From: the human T2T-CHM13v2.0 reference genome, Homo sapiens
Strand: one strand, 5' to 3'
Length of the DNA stretch: 64,000 nucleotides
Assembly (NCBI RefSeq): GCF_009914755.1
Contig: NC_060925.1
The stretch's first letter is position 1. Every line of letters starts with the position of its first letter. The translations under genes were made by a program, and so were the position numbers. Below the pieces are notes generated by a model. That model saw only the letters and a program-made list of their open reading frames with translations. It made no database searches and had not been told where the DNA came from. This document shows positions 25,614 through 39,479 of the stretch, in pieces.

Positions 25614-26183
25614 GAACCATTAGGGCTAGTATTCTGGTCTCTATTATAACAAAAAGTTATTTTTATTTTTTCTTTCAGCATTAAAAATGTAGTATCACTA
25701 GTGACTAAGTGCATTTGGTCTCTTATAAAAGAATAATAAAATACTGTGTTTAAAAGTATGTGTGCTTTGCTGGCTTTATTTCTCTTGTATGAAGGAGTGG
25801 GGTGATGATGTCCATATTGCATTAGCCATGGAAAGGCCCAGTTTCAGCTATCTGCAAGGGAAAAAAGCAAGTCTATGCATACTTTAAATAATAACTGCTG
25901 CCTATGTAACACAAAGATCTGTTGTTCTAAATTTAGCCACATATTCCCTCCAGTGTATTGAATGGCGAATCTCCCTGAACGTGGAGGGGCACGTTTTGTT
26001 TTCAACAAAATGACAAGATTACAGACAACAAGAATGTAATAGTTTATTTTTAAGATATCACTTTCATGGATACTGTAATAATATATTTTAGGCATATAAT
26101 TTTACCTATTGTAATAAAAAATAATAATAACAAATACCCTTCTTCTAAGGAGAGTGTTTGCTCTTAAGAAGAACTTATTTTAA

Positions 26184-26487
26184 GGCCAGGCACGGTGGTT
26201 CATACCTGTAATCCCAGCACTTTGGGGGGCCAAAGCAGGAGGCTCACTTGAGCCTAGGAGTTCCAGATCAGCCCAGGAAGCATAGTGAGACTTGGTCTCT
26301 CAAAAAAAAATGTATATATATATATTTAGACAGGTGTGGTGACCTTCACCTGTAACGTCATCTACTCTGGAGGCCGAGGTTGGAGGATCACTTGAGCCTG
26401 GGAGGTCAAGGCCACCAGTGAGCCGTGATTGTGCCACTGCACCCCAGCCTGGATGACAAAGCGAGACCCTGTCTCAAAAACAAACAG
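26184..26487 (+). mobile_element. AluJ SINE
   Basis: GGATCACTTGAGCCTGGGAGGTCAAGG; (TA)n linker; TSD AAGA(A/G)CTTATTTTA. Confidence 0.95.
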
Positions 26488-27239
26488 AAAGAGCTTATTT
26501 TACTTTTTTTTTTAACTATGAGATGTTAAGTTTGATGATTACTGCCATTTTACAGAAAAAGAAATTAAATTATCTGATTCCTGTTTTCTAAGTTGTAGGC
26601 CTATGCTACATCAAATGGTATTTAATCAGACTGTTGAATGACTGTTTCCTTAATTTCCAGCTACGTTTATGATCATTTCAGCTAAACCTTAGTTACTTGA
26701 ATTACACAGAGTTGGAATCTGCATGGCATCTCGTATGAAACTGATCAAAGGGTTTGAATTCTGGGGAATAGAGATAATTGTTTAACATTAATACAGACTT
26801 TTGCCCCAAATAAGAATTTCCAGTCACAATATGTTAATCACAATGGCTGAATGCTTGTGTATCAGACACCTAAGAGCTTTGCTTAGAAAATTTACCCAGT
26901 AATCTTGCTAATTCCTGGGACTCTCTTCTTCTCTCTCTTCTTATTCTGTCTCTTATTAATCCCAAAGCTAAACTCATCCAGCACCCTCATAACAAATATT
27001 TTGTACAATTTGCAAAAAGAGTCATATGCAGAGAGGTATGTTATATGGACTGGCCACAGCCTTACACCAATTCACCTTGCTCTCCAGGCCTTCCCTCTTC
27101 CCGGAATGAGATTCTCCTTCTGCCACTCCCAGACACACTCAACTCCCCTGAGTTACTTCTTCTACACCAAGAAGACATACTGAGGAATTTTTCCAACAAT
27201 ATCTAGTCTCCCTCTAGGAGGAAATTTCTTACCAACAAA

Positions 27240-27790
27240 AATTTGTCCAGTTTAATACATAAGCAATATTTATCAAATTTTTAAAAGTATGAAGTGCTTA
27301 TACTCTACAATATACCATCCCTGAAATTTGTTGAAATGCAAAGATAAATCATGGAGGAAAGCAGCTTATGAAAAAGTTACAGTTTAGTCATTTGATGTGA
27401 TGAAACATAAATAATTAGAATCTATTGAAAAGTGTTATGAGAGGAAATGAGAAATGGCAATTTAGAGGACAGTGAAATATTACATACAATTGAAAGGAAT
27501 CAGGAAAGGCTTCCTGGAAGAGGAAGCTCATTATCTGGACTTTGATGAGAGTGATGAAACCACAGGCAGAAATCAGTAGAAGGGCAGTCCTAGCGGGAGG
27601 AACAACATGAACAAAGATGTAGTGGGGGCCAGGATGGGGAAGATTCCACCAGGTGTTTCAGTCTTCCTGGTTCATAAAGTATGTATTGAAAAACTGTTGT
27701 GGGTAAAGTCAGGGGCAGAGAATCACTTTTTAACTTGAATAGCAAGATTAGGAATCTGATGTTTTTTTTAATTCTGTGAACAGTGGCAAG
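27240..27790 (-). mobile_element. L2 LINE fragment
   Basis: GGAATCAGGAAAGGCTTCCTGGAAGAGG...GCGGGAGGAACAACATGAACAAAG resembles antisense L2; boundaries approximate. Confidence 0.7.
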
Positions 27791-30737
27791 ACCAGGAGGA
27801 GCATTTTTATCACGTTAAAACCGTAATTTCTATCTCACTTTAATAATGCATTTATTATCAGGAAATTATGTCTGCCTAAACACATCATTTGCTAAGCTTT
27901 ATTGATTCTAAGACTATGCATTTTGTGCAAATAAAGAATTGTATCAATTAAACATAATCTTCAGCATTTTATGTGCTATTTATATATTGTCACCCTAGCT
28001 TTTATTTTCCAAAATATCCTTTAGAGTTCCAAATTCAAGAAAAGATTTTAGTATCTAAGTCATACTGTGTAAAATTGGCTTGTTTAAGTAGATCTTGAAG
28101 TTTGCGGCCTTTTGATTTCCTTTTTTAAATTTTTAATAGAACCATTGCACTAAGTAATAATGATAATCAATCCTCCCTTTAAGACTTTTAAGACATACCA
28201 GGCCCTGCCTGACTCTGGACATGAACTAGGTACTTCTCTGTCCCACTGATAAATGGAAATTCTCTATAGTCCTGACTTATACATTTAATGATTATATAGA
28301 GAGTCTTGGGTTTTACAGATATAGATATAAAGGCTCTATATTGAGTATTCAAATTAATAAATTTAAAGTACATTTTCTTTTTTATTTCCCATATCAACCA
28401 TGGGATAATAAATGTATAGAATACAAATTGCAACACCAAGTTAATATGTTTATCTCCATCAGTCTCATGCAAGTCACTTTTCTAAAATACACTTAATTAC
28501 AAATGCATTTGGGGATTTTGGGCTCAATTATTTTAGTTATAATGTACTGAATACATTAAGCTATGACTATATGCACATATAATAACTAACCAATGTCAAA
28601 GCATTTAGTTTTGTTTTAATGATCACTGGGAATAACCAAATCAGTGTTTAAGGTATAATAGCAAGATATAAAATTTTATTGATTCAGAATAATTAGAGGA
28701 GAAGGCAACTCTAACCTGTATGAATCTAAATTATAAAATATTTTTTAAATTTTTTTATAAATTCAAGATAAGGAAAAATACATTTTACATTTATTATTTA
28801 GTTATTAGAAATAAAATAGGCAAGAAGGAAAAGCACTGTACAAAGCATTTTTGCTTATAGGTACCAAAATGTTGCATTAAGGAAGAATGTTGGACAACAG
28901 TATCATCCTTTTATTCCACCCTGGATTTATATACCCACAGCTCTAATGTTTAGTGGCAGTGTTTGTGGAATTATTCTTATAGGATATGTAACCTGACAAT
29001 TAGGGAAGCATCTGATTAAGCTCTTCACATTCCATTCTTGCTTATTATGTTCATTTAGATGCATTTGTCAATTTATAATTGCAGTTAATTGAAATTTTTT
29101 AAATTTTCTTTTTTTTTAAAGGAGCCCGCTACATGAAAAAAAATGCAAGTCAAAGTGGTCACAACCTAGAAGTCTGCAGAGACAGGAATAACTAGCAAGT
29201 AGATACTATATTATTTTACTATGCTTAAGTATATAGAATTCAGTAGTGTTATGGGAATTTTACACTATAATTACCAAATAGTCTTGTAATTTTAAATTTA
29301 TACTTAGCAGTTTTCATGTTAACCTATATCACATCACAAAAATAATTAGGAAGAAACATGGTAACTATGAATCTCAGGAAACTCATTTTCTGTCAGTAAT
29401 AATGAAATTACTTTTATAAGAAACATGAATTTAAATACTGTATCCTCTCTCAGGTCTTATTTTTAGAGCCCCTAATTCAATACTTATTCCTTCATAAAAA
29501 GAGTAAATGAATCTGCCTATGTCTTGTGACATATTTATCCACTATGTAAATGCATTGATTCCTCTCATAAGCCATTCATAAATATTATTTTATAATAATG
29601 CTTCTAAGAAATAAAGTGAAATTATATTCTTTTTTGAAGGTTACATTTCAAAAATTCAAGGTGATATCAAATGAAATCCAGGCACAAAGCGGGAGCTTTG
29701 CATTTATCAGTATTTCCTGACATTTTCAAGAAATGAAATAGGAGGTTCAATGATGAAAGCATGCAATGTTTAGATAAATGGATAAAAAATGAACTTAAGA
29801 ATGTGGAAAGAGTAAATAAGATTATTTGAATAGCAAGAAGAATCTTTGAAAATCTCATTGCTCCATATTAAAGTGGTCAGAGTTGATTCTTTATCCACAA
29901 ATGTATCTCGAAAATTGTAATAAAATCAGAAAATACTAAAGCTAAAAGGATTTTAGAAAGTATTTACATAAATATTTCATTGGTATGGGGAAGGGAACTA
30001 AGTTTGCAAATAAAAACTGATTTTACATATATATCTACATATATACATATATACATACTTTTTTTTCAAGATAGAACTTAATACAGCTAGTTCTTAATTT
30101 AATAGGACTTATTCAATAGTAATGATTAAAATATACATGCAAACAAAAATGTATACAAAATGATGGCAGTATCCATAATCAAAATTTTATGCATAAATGT
30201 TTTATATTTAAAATTTTATAGTAGTAGATATTTCTATAACCACAGAAAATGTGTAAAATTGTGTTTCAATTGCTTAGCAGTACAGATTCAAAAAAAATTA
30301 TATAAACCAACAGACATTTCCTCCTTTTCAATCTTCTTTGATGGCTTTATGAATGACAGGTCATGAATGATAAATACTTCACAGATAAATCTATCATATA
30401 TTTATACAATTGGAACCACACATTTTGATAAGAAGAATACTAAGCAAGGACTCAATAGAGATGAAAAACATTTTTATAATGAAAATTATTAGTCCTTAGT
30501 GTATTTGATTTATAAAATTAGACTCTTCATCTTAGATTGCCATAAAGTGGCACACGCTTATCCTATGAGGGGGTGGAAAGGCAAGCACCTTCAAAATTCA
30601 AAGTTCAGTTGGGCCAACTTCATATTGAGGGAGGGAAAATTGTAAAACTGTGTTTATAGATACCTTGATAATAGTCAATATTAGCTTTAGCTGAGAAGGA
30701 ACTCTAGAAGGCCATAATTTAAAAGATATTGGAACAT

Positions 30738-30739
30738 GA

Positions 30740-30811
<72 letters not shown>

Positions 30812-31117
30812 AGAAAGAAAGGAAAGAAAGAAAGAAAGGAAAGAAAGAAAGAAAGAAAGAAAGAGAGAAAAAGAGGAGGGAGGGAAGGAGGGAGAGAAAG
30901 AGAGAAAGAAAGAAAAGAAAGAAAGAAAGAAAGAAGAAAAAGAAAGAGAAAGAAAGAGGAGGGAGAGAAAGAAAGAAAAGAGAAGCAGAGACTAGAAAGA
31001 AAAAGAAGAAAGGAGAGGGAGAAAGAAATGAAGAAATAAGAGAAAGAGAAGAGAGAGAAAAAGAAAGAGAAGAAAGAGAGAAAAAGAAAGAAAGAAAGAA
31101 AAGAAAGAAAGAGAGAG

Positions 31118-31184
<67 letters not shown>

Positions 31185-31215
31185 AGAAAAGAAAAGAAAG
31201 AGAGAGAGAAAGAAA
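30738..31215. repeat. Compound (GAAA)n / GA-rich polypurine microsatellite, ~480 bp
   Basis: Pure (GAAA)n blocks near both ends and degenerate GGA/GA/GAA units in the middle; only a handful of pyrimidines. Confidence 0.99.
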
Positions 31216-31379
31216 CATGGTAGCAATATGAGACTAGACTGCAGGGAGTTTGGTGCTGGGAAACAGGGAAATCAATGGCTTGTTGTAAGCCAGTCTCAGG
31301 AATGTGGTAGAGGTAGAGAAGAGAAGAAGAACTTGATTTGAAAGGAATATCTTCTTTGCCAGATTCCACAGCAACTTCG

Positions 31380-31890
31380 TTTGTGATCTCATTATTTGAG
31401 ACCTGGAACACTAAAAGAATAACAGTTAACTTCAATAGAGGATATTAAAACGGTAACTGTAGCTTGGAACATAACATTCGTATGTCTCCTGCATGGCAAA
31501 ATGGGGGATGATCACAGGAATAATGAAAACACAGAACTGGAGCTCTGGGATTGGATAAAGCATGGGTTGATCTATTTGAATAGAGATGCTGATAGAAGCT
31601 GCCAGAATTTTATCAGGCAAAAAAACATGTACTGAGTGAAAAGGAAACATTGCCACAGATAGAACTTTTAGGATCATCAATATTCAGTCATCAAAATTCT
31701 GTTCGAAGAAAGAGGAATTAGCCACAGAAACTGATAGAAATAAGAGAAAAACTGACTTCCAGTGTCTGTTTTGTTAAAAGAAACCAAAGAAGCCAAGAGA
31801 TTCAAAGAGGGCAACAGTGTTAAATGCTCCTGAAAATTCTAGGAGAATGATTGAGGGAAAAAAAGCTTTTGGATATTGCAATTAGTCAGT
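31380..31890 (-). mobile_element. L2 LINE fragment
   Basis: AACTGGAGCTCTGGG...GAGGAATTAGCCACAGAAACTGA...CAACAGTGTTAAATGCT...TTTGGATATTGCAATTAG. Confidence 0.55.
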
Positions 31891-32689
31891 AATTGGGAGC
31901 CCCAACAGAGCTAATCCAACTTTCGATGCCAGATGGTTTTCGAATCCTCTTCAACAGCATCTTTATTCTTCATCTCTTTCCTATATCAATCCCAATGATT
32001 CATTTATGTTTTTCAGACTTATCTATGGGTAGTTTTATTTTTGTAAGTCAGATTTACTTATTCTCAGAATATCATTCAGGATATCGTTATTATAAACACT
32101 TTAAGTCTCCCCATAATTTGAATAGCAAATTCAATTTAAAGTATGTTAGTTAAGGAAGTGTTATTCTTGCGTAATCCCATCAAATATGCATGACTTATTC
32201 CATCTAATAATCGCAAAAGTAATTTCCCACATTAGAGTGACAAATATTCTATTTGCCTCAGAAATGATAATTTCAGTCAGTATTTGGCATAGACTAGGTA
32301 CTCATAAGTAATTATTCAATGAATAAATGAATGAATGAATGAAAGAATGAATCAGTTCTTTCCTCTCTTTGGCTCATTCCCACATTCTTTTTGTTTTTAA
32401 GTACTCCTATATCATCTACTTGCAGAAAATACACTCAGAATTATCTAACTATTTTCTAATCCTTAAATAAACAAATAGGACTAAGAAGAAAATGAGATTA
32501 CATAACACTCTCATGTGCAATTTTCCACCTGATTCTCATTAGCTCTATTTTTATTTTTCTTGACCTAGCATTATAGACTTAATTTTCATAATTGTAATCA
32601 GAGCATAACAACCACTAAATCTTTTTAAACTGTTTTTATTTAGAAAGATTACTCTTAAATCTTTGTATTGCATTATTTCTTTTTCTGTC

Positions 32690-35600
32690 TACAGTAAAAA
32701 ATGGCTTTATTGTTTTATTTCAGGTGATATAAATAATTCATGTATATTGTAAAAACCTCAAACAATACAAAAAAGTATGATGAAGAATGTAAAAATCGCT
32801 TTAAAAACCACTCAAAAGATAACCACAATTAACATTTACATTATTTATGGATTGATCACTTTATCATTATAAAATGTTACTTTTTATCTCTAATAATGCC
32901 TTTTGCTTTAAAATCTACTCTTTCTGTTTTTAGCACAAACACTGCCAACTTACATTTGGTTAATATTTGCATGGCTTTTCTTTGTGCACCCTTCTTTCAA
33001 CCTTCTGGTTCTTATATTTACAATCTCTTGTAAGCATCTTATAGTAGCCTTCATTTAAAAAACCTAATCTGACAGTATTGATATTTACTTGGGTTATGTA
33101 GTCCATTTACATTTATATTTATTAAAATAAACTTGGGTTTATATCTATCATGTTACTATTTATTTTCTCTTTAACTCACCTACTTATATTTTTTTCTCTC
33201 CTTTATTAATTTCTTTTGGATTTTGGAAATAAACAGATACTTCTTGTTATTCCATTTTTAATTTGTTAATTTATTAGATATGCATTCTTATACTGTTCTT
33301 ATAGTGGTTACTCTAGAGATTTCACATTCATCTTCAACTTTTACAGTCTAACATGAATAATTACTACTAGCAATTCCCTGATATTGCTAGAATCTTAGAA
33401 AATTTTAACTCCATCTTGTGCCATTATGAAGACATTTTTCACAGTTTAAGGATTACTTAGAACCTATTTCTATTCGTGTTTATATAGTCAATATCCATTT
33501 ATATTTACCTGCACATTTACTTTTCCATTGTCATTCATTTCTTTTGCATATCTGTGTTTCCATCTGAAAATATTCTCCTTGTGTCTGAAGGAGTCATTTT
33601 AGGATTTCTTTTAGTGCTGGTATCCTGGAAACTTTCTGTGTTTATTTCTCTGGAAATTCTTTATTGTATCTATGTTTCTAAACCTTATTTTTGCTGGTTA
33701 TAGAATTTCTTTCAGCACCAAAGATTACATTCCATTGTCTTCTAGCTTTCATCCTCTCTGTTAAGAACAGTCATTAATCTTATTGTTGCTCCTTTGATGC
33801 TTATTGGTTTTATTGTTTAAATAATGTTTAAATATTTTTAAATATTTTTACTTATGATAAAATACTCATAACATAAAAGTTACCATCTAACCACTTTTAA
33901 GTGTACAGTTCAGTGACATTAACTGCATTCAGATTGTTTTGCAACCATCACCACCATCCATCTCCAGAACTCTTCAAAATAATCATGGAAATCTTTATAT
34001 GTCAACTAGTACAGACGAATGTATCCTTTCTTTTCTTTTACTCAGAATTCTTTTTACTTGAAAAAACATAGACTTTATTTTTACAGCAGTGTTAGATTAA
34101 TTGCAAAACTTGAGCAGAAAGTACAGAGCATTCCCATTCACCATCTATCCCCACACATTTACAGGCTCCCCCACTACCGACATCCCACACAAGAGTGTTA
34201 TATTTGTTATAATCGATGAACCTGCATTACCATATAGTTATTACTCAAAGTCTGTAGTTTACATTAGGTTTTACTCCTGGTGTTGTATATTCTATGGGTT
34301 TGGACAAATGTATAATGACTTATATCCACAATTATAGTATAATACGGAATAGTTTCACTGCCCTAAAACTCCTCTGTGCTCCATCCTCCCTAATCTCTGC
34401 CAACCACTGATTTTTTTTCTGTCTCCATAATTTTGTCATCTCCAGAATGTCATATAATTGGAATGAAACAGTGTGTAGTTTTTTCAGATTGGCCTTTTTC
34501 ACTTAGTAATACGCATTTAGGTTTTCTTCATGTCCTTTCATTGACTGATAGCTAATTTCTCTTTAGCACTGAATAATATGCCATTATATAATATATCACA
34601 ATTTATTTATTCATTCATAAAGTACTCTTTTTAATGGCCACATTCGATTTTATATCTGGATAATTTTCATTAAAAATCTCTTAATTAGGGATAATTTACT
34701 ATCCTGTTTTCAATTTTTTGCCATGTAAAATAATGGTATGTGAGCCAAATTGAATCTATCATTATTTACTTACATTTCTCAAAGGATATATACATCCTTA
34801 GGTACAGACTTGTTGAGAAACAAGTACTTTAAGAAAATTATTATTTTTAAAAGTATTTTATTGTGTGAAAATATACATAAAATACAATTTACCATTTAAC
34901 CTTTTTTTAAGTGTATACTTCAGTGGCATTAAGTACATTCACACTGTCATGCAAAAAAATCATCTTTAATATCAATGGGTAACAGCTCATGTGATTCAAA
35001 AATCAAAAGCTTCTAAATGATAAACTGAAAATAGTCTCTCCCAACTCTATCCCTAGCCAATTTCCCTCTCTAGAGAGAATTAACTGGCATTATCAGCTTC
35101 TTATATAAATTTCCAGAAATAGTTTTCACATATGTAAGCCTATGTACACATATATATATATATATTTTCTCCTTTTCCATAGAAATTGTAGCACGTTTAG
35201 ACACTGTTCAATGACTTTTTTACTTAATAGAAAATACTAGAGATAATTTCATATATGCTCACAGAAAAACTTTCTAATTTTATTTTTTGACAGCTCCTTA
35301 CTGTCGTACATTGTATTGATTTATTTTGCAACCAGTCTTTTGCTATCATGAACATAGCTGCTCTAAATGAGCATATGCAAGACTGTTTTGCATCTATGTA
35401 AGCATATCTAGAAGAAATAAAATTGCTATGTACAATGGTATGCCTTTTTGTAATTTTGCTAGATTTTATAATGTTGCCTTGCATACAGCTTCTTCCAAAT
35501 TTTTGCCAGTATCCATAATGTAGTGAATAAGACTTTCTAAATTTAATAGATGGATAATTCACTCAAAAGCTGTGATGGTTTACATTTCCACAGGATTATA

Positions 35601-36060
35601 TATTTAATATCGTTTGCCCACATTGCTACCCAGAAGTTGGGTGTGATCACTTTTCTCATTTTTCTCGTTCTGCCAGGCATAAAGTAATGTCTGAATTACT
35701 TCAAGTTGCGTTTTTCTATTAGACAGATTCAGCATTGTTTCATATGTGTATTAGTCATATACTCTTCTATAAATTGTATATTGATATTCTTTGACTTTTT
35801 TTATTGTTGGTTTTTTCTTATCGCTTTGTAACTACTCTTTGTATGCAATATATACCATATATGGTATACACCATACTGTTTGTATGTGATATATACACAT
35901 ATGTACACTCTTTGTATGTAATATATATGCATTTTCTTTCAAATGCATTGCAAATATTTTCCCCAGCTTAAAATTTGATTTTTATGTTAGTTTTTTGCCA
36001 TTTTTATGTTAGTTTTTACCATCATTTTTAAAGGTATATGAGGTAAAAGACATCTTTTGT
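32690..36060 (-). mobile_element. Mosaic of old L1M fragments (L1ME/MC/MB 3' regions)
   Basis: T-rich antisense L1 3' UTR motifs; two L1MB-type ends (TTTAAGTGTA(C/T)A...TCAGTG(A/G)CATTAA) at ~33850-33975 and ~34850-34955. Confidence 0.8.
34060..34615 (-). mobile_element. L1MC1/2-like 3' end
   Basis: TAGACTTTATTTTTTACAGCAG...CTTGAGCAGAAAGTACAGAG...TTCTATGGGTTTGGACAAATGTATAATGAC...AGTTTCACTGCCCTAAAA. Confidence 0.85.
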
Positions 36061-36644
36061 TTTTGTAATGCAATGAACTATTTAATTCTATTATATGTGG
36101 TTCTTCTATTTATAATTTCTATTGGTATTTAATTCTCTCGAAGCAGTTAGGTAATTCTTATAGATATTAATGACAGGATGTCTGTCTTCCTAAATTATTT
36201 AATTATTTTTATTTTGACCCACCTATGATTGTGAAAAAGTTCACTTTTACAATTAGGGAACTTTTAACATCTGCTAGGAAATGCATAGATGACTTCATAC
36301 GTTTTTTATATGGCTATCCTGAAAAAGTCATTTCCTAGATAACAGATGTCAATAAATGGAAAGCAGCACACCTTCATTTGAGACTTAACATATTAAGAGA
36401 AAAAATTGTCTCAAAATACCAAAAATGGGAAAGGCATACAGCTGATTTTTTTATCATTCTGACAGTAAATAATTTGCCAGAAGTCCTTCCGACTTCTTTC
36501 TTGTTTTCCTTTGTGTTTTACTGGACAGTTGTCAGAAATTATTAATAAGAGAATTTGGAAATTAAAACCTTCATTTTCATGACTATTCATTTCATATGAT
36601 ATTAGAGACTCTTCTATTTTTTACAAGTTACAGTGGTAGAAAAA

Positions 36645-37002
36645 TATCTTAGTCCTTTTGGGTTGTTATAACAAAATGCCATAGACTGAGTGACTTATAA
36701 ACAATCAGCGTTTATTTCTTACAGTTCTGGAGGCTGAGAAGTTCAAGATCAAAGTGCCAGCAGATTCAGTGTCTAATGAGGTCCCCTTCTTCATCGGCAG
36801 CTGTGCTCTCACTGTAACCTCACATGGTAGAAGGAGCAAGAGAGTCTCTGGGGTCGTTTTTATATGGACATTAATCCCATTTTTGAGAGTTCTGCTGTCA
36901 TGAATTCAATATCTCCCAAAGGCCCCTTCTCCTAATACTTTACTTTGGAGGTTAAAATTTCAACATATAAATTTTGGAGATGAAAACATTCCATTCACTG
37001 CA
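36645..37002 (-). mobile_element. MaLR solo LTR (MLT1A-like)
   Basis: TCTTAGTCC...TATAACAAAATGCCATAGACTG...CAGTTCTGGAGGCTGAGAAGTTCAAGATCAA...TTTCAACATATAAATTTTGG. Confidence 0.88.
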
Positions 37003-37039
37003 AGTAGGACTCAAGGCTAGCAAAGACACAGAAGTCAAG

Positions 37040-37210
37040 GAAGCAGTGGTTAAAACCACATGTTCTGGAGTTGAATTGTCTAGTTTAAAATCTAGCACTA
37101 TCTTCTATGACTGTTTAAAATTGAGCACATTCCTTCATTTTTCATTGCTTCTTTTTCCTCATCTGTGAAAAAAATGGATATAATTGTACTCATCTCTTAA
37201 TATTGTCTAA
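37040..37210 (+). mobile_element. MIR SINE fragment
   Basis: GCAGTGGTTAAAACCACATGTTCTGGAG...TTTCCTCATCTGTGAAAAAATGGATATAAT. Confidence 0.7.
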
Positions 37211-37257
37211 GTGTTGGGAATAAAGCAGCAAACAAAACTGATAAAACTTGTGCCTTT

Positions 37258-37364
37258 CAGGAGAATCGCTTGAACCCAGCAGGCGGAGGTTGCAGTGAAC
37301 CAAGATCACACCACTGCACTCCAGACTGGGCGACAGAACGAGACTCCATCTCAAAAAACACATG
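37258..37364 (+). mobile_element. 5'-truncated Alu (distal right arm only)
   Basis: Starts at CAGGAGAATCGCTTGAACCC; short tail; degenerate 15 bp TSD AAAACTTGTGCCTTT / AAAACCTATGTCTTT. Confidence 0.93.
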
Positions 37365-37952
37365 AAAACCTATGTCTTTGTGAATGAGTTATTTGGGGCT
37401 ATTCATATGGAATATAAATGTGAGAGCAGTTTGAGAGATGGATTAGAATAGCAAGCAACAGGACACATAGCACATAACATGCAATAAACATTGCTTATGA
37501 TAATTATTTGAGAATCAAGAAATATAAATCAAATTGGACAAATTTATTTTTGAAAAGAAGTTCTTGCTCACAATTTGTAAAGAAGAATAAAATATGATAA
37601 ATTATACAAAAAACTGACAAATGTATGCTTTTTTAACAGTAGGATTTATTTATGCAACTAATGTTTATTGGGCATCTGTTACCTGCTGAGTACTATTCTA
37701 GGTGCTGGAACTCTAGCAGTAAATGAGATGAGAAGTCACAGAGACTTATACTTGTGGGTGGTAGAGAAACTCCAGAAAATTATACAATTTTGTGGTTATT
37801 GAATTTTTTTAAATAAAATCATTTCACTGTACTATAGGAACTTGCTATTTTAGAATAAATCCTTTTCAACTGTTACTATAAATAATTAGACATTTATTTG
37901 GTTCATATATTTAGTTTTTTTAAAGTGTGATAAGCTTATACTATTACAAATA

Positions 37953-38381
37953 CAGTTACCCTTGAACAACATAAGGGTTTGGGGCACCAATCCTCCCAAG
38001 CAATCACAAAACCAAATATAACTTTTGACTCCACAAAAGCTTAACTACTAATACCCGCTGTTTACTGGACAATTAATATATATACATGTTTTATATATAT
38101 ATGTATATTACAGAGTATATTAGACACTGTATTCTTATGATATGGCCAGAAAAAAGACAATGTTATTTAAAAAATCGTAAAGAAGAGAAAAATATATATA
38201 CTGTTCATTAAGTCAAAGTGGATCATCATAAAGGTCTTCATCCTTGTCTTCACATTGAGTAGGGGGAGGAGGAGGAAGAGAAGAGGTTGCTCTTTCCATC
38301 TTGGAGGTGGCAAAGGTGGAAGAAAATCCACGTTTAAGTGGGCCCGTACAATTCAAACCTGTGTTGTTCAAGGGTCAACTG
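37953..38381. mobile_element. Tigger2a-like TcMar non-autonomous DNA transposon
   Basis: TIRs CAGTT(G)ACCCTTGAACAACA...TGTTGTTCAAGGGTCAACTG with a TA target duplication on both sides. Confidence 0.92.
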
Positions 38382-39479
38382 TACTAACTCCAAACAACTT
38401 CCAAGTTCATATCCTACTGAAAGTATATCAGTCATTCTGTTAGGAAGCCAAAGAGAAATTTTAAATAATATAATATTGTCCATGAAGAATAACCTAAAAT
38501 TGAAAACCAATTGTTACAGGTTAGAGGTGGCATTTATATGGGCAGAAATTGAAAATCTAAAGAATGAAATTGATGACAAGATTCTTCAGATTCTGTATAG
38601 GTACGAAATGCCAACATACACTCAAGGTGCCTAAACGTTTTTAATATGATTAGAGGAAGTTATTGGAACTCTGGGGTGAGCCAGAAATAGTCAACACAGG
38701 AAAGAGAGATTGGAGGCAAGAAGGGAACTTGTCAAACCGTGTTTGTCTCTCAAGGCCATGATGGCCAGAGAGAGACTACAACCAGCTTCACACTCCAGGC
38801 TCCTGTCCAGACCTGTGCTGCTCTGGGGAGCCCCACATGACCCAGCAGCTTGGTTTCTGTGCCCTGAGTGTTCCGATACCAGGAAATCAAGTTTTGATGC
38901 TGCCATGTCTGTTTGACTATATTTCTAAATAATCTGTGCTGAACAAAGGGCCTGGACCCTACCTGTAGCCTAGACAGCACTCTCTAGCTGGAATTGACTA
39001 ACTGAGTTTAGTTGTTTAAACTAAAGCTATAACCATTAACCTAGAGAAAGATGGAACAGCAGAAGAGAGTAAAATTCACATTTATCAAGTCATTTCAATG
39101 TAGTCAAAATACATTCATACACACATTTTCTTACTTAGCCTTCATATTATCTGTATAAGTAATATGAGAAACTGAGATGCAGAGAAGTTACTTAAGTGGC
39201 TTTTTGACAGTTACCCTGGTTACTAAAGGGAAAACCATTGCAGTCTATTTCTATATGACTTGAAGGGCCATTCTATTTCTACTGTATTGCCAGGAGGAAA
39301 GAGTTTCCTTGAAAGAAATTGGATGAAGAAGCTATCATAAAATTTTATCACCATAATAAACCTCTATAGAGTTATAGGCTTATTAGATAGAAATGTAAAG
39401 ATTCCTTAAAACAGCAACAATGGAACAATGACAATAGTTGTATTGATGTCATTAAATATGGCACCACTGGTCATAGTGT

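Noticed and set aside
30598-31435. Long ORFs of 147-206 aa (FLSF- and KERK-rich)
   Set aside because: They are translations of the (GAAA)n tract, which lacks stop codons; not genes.
38640-38990. GC-richer island with overlapping short ORFs
   Set aside because: Looks like an ancient LTR remnant, but I cannot assign a family; no coding evidence.
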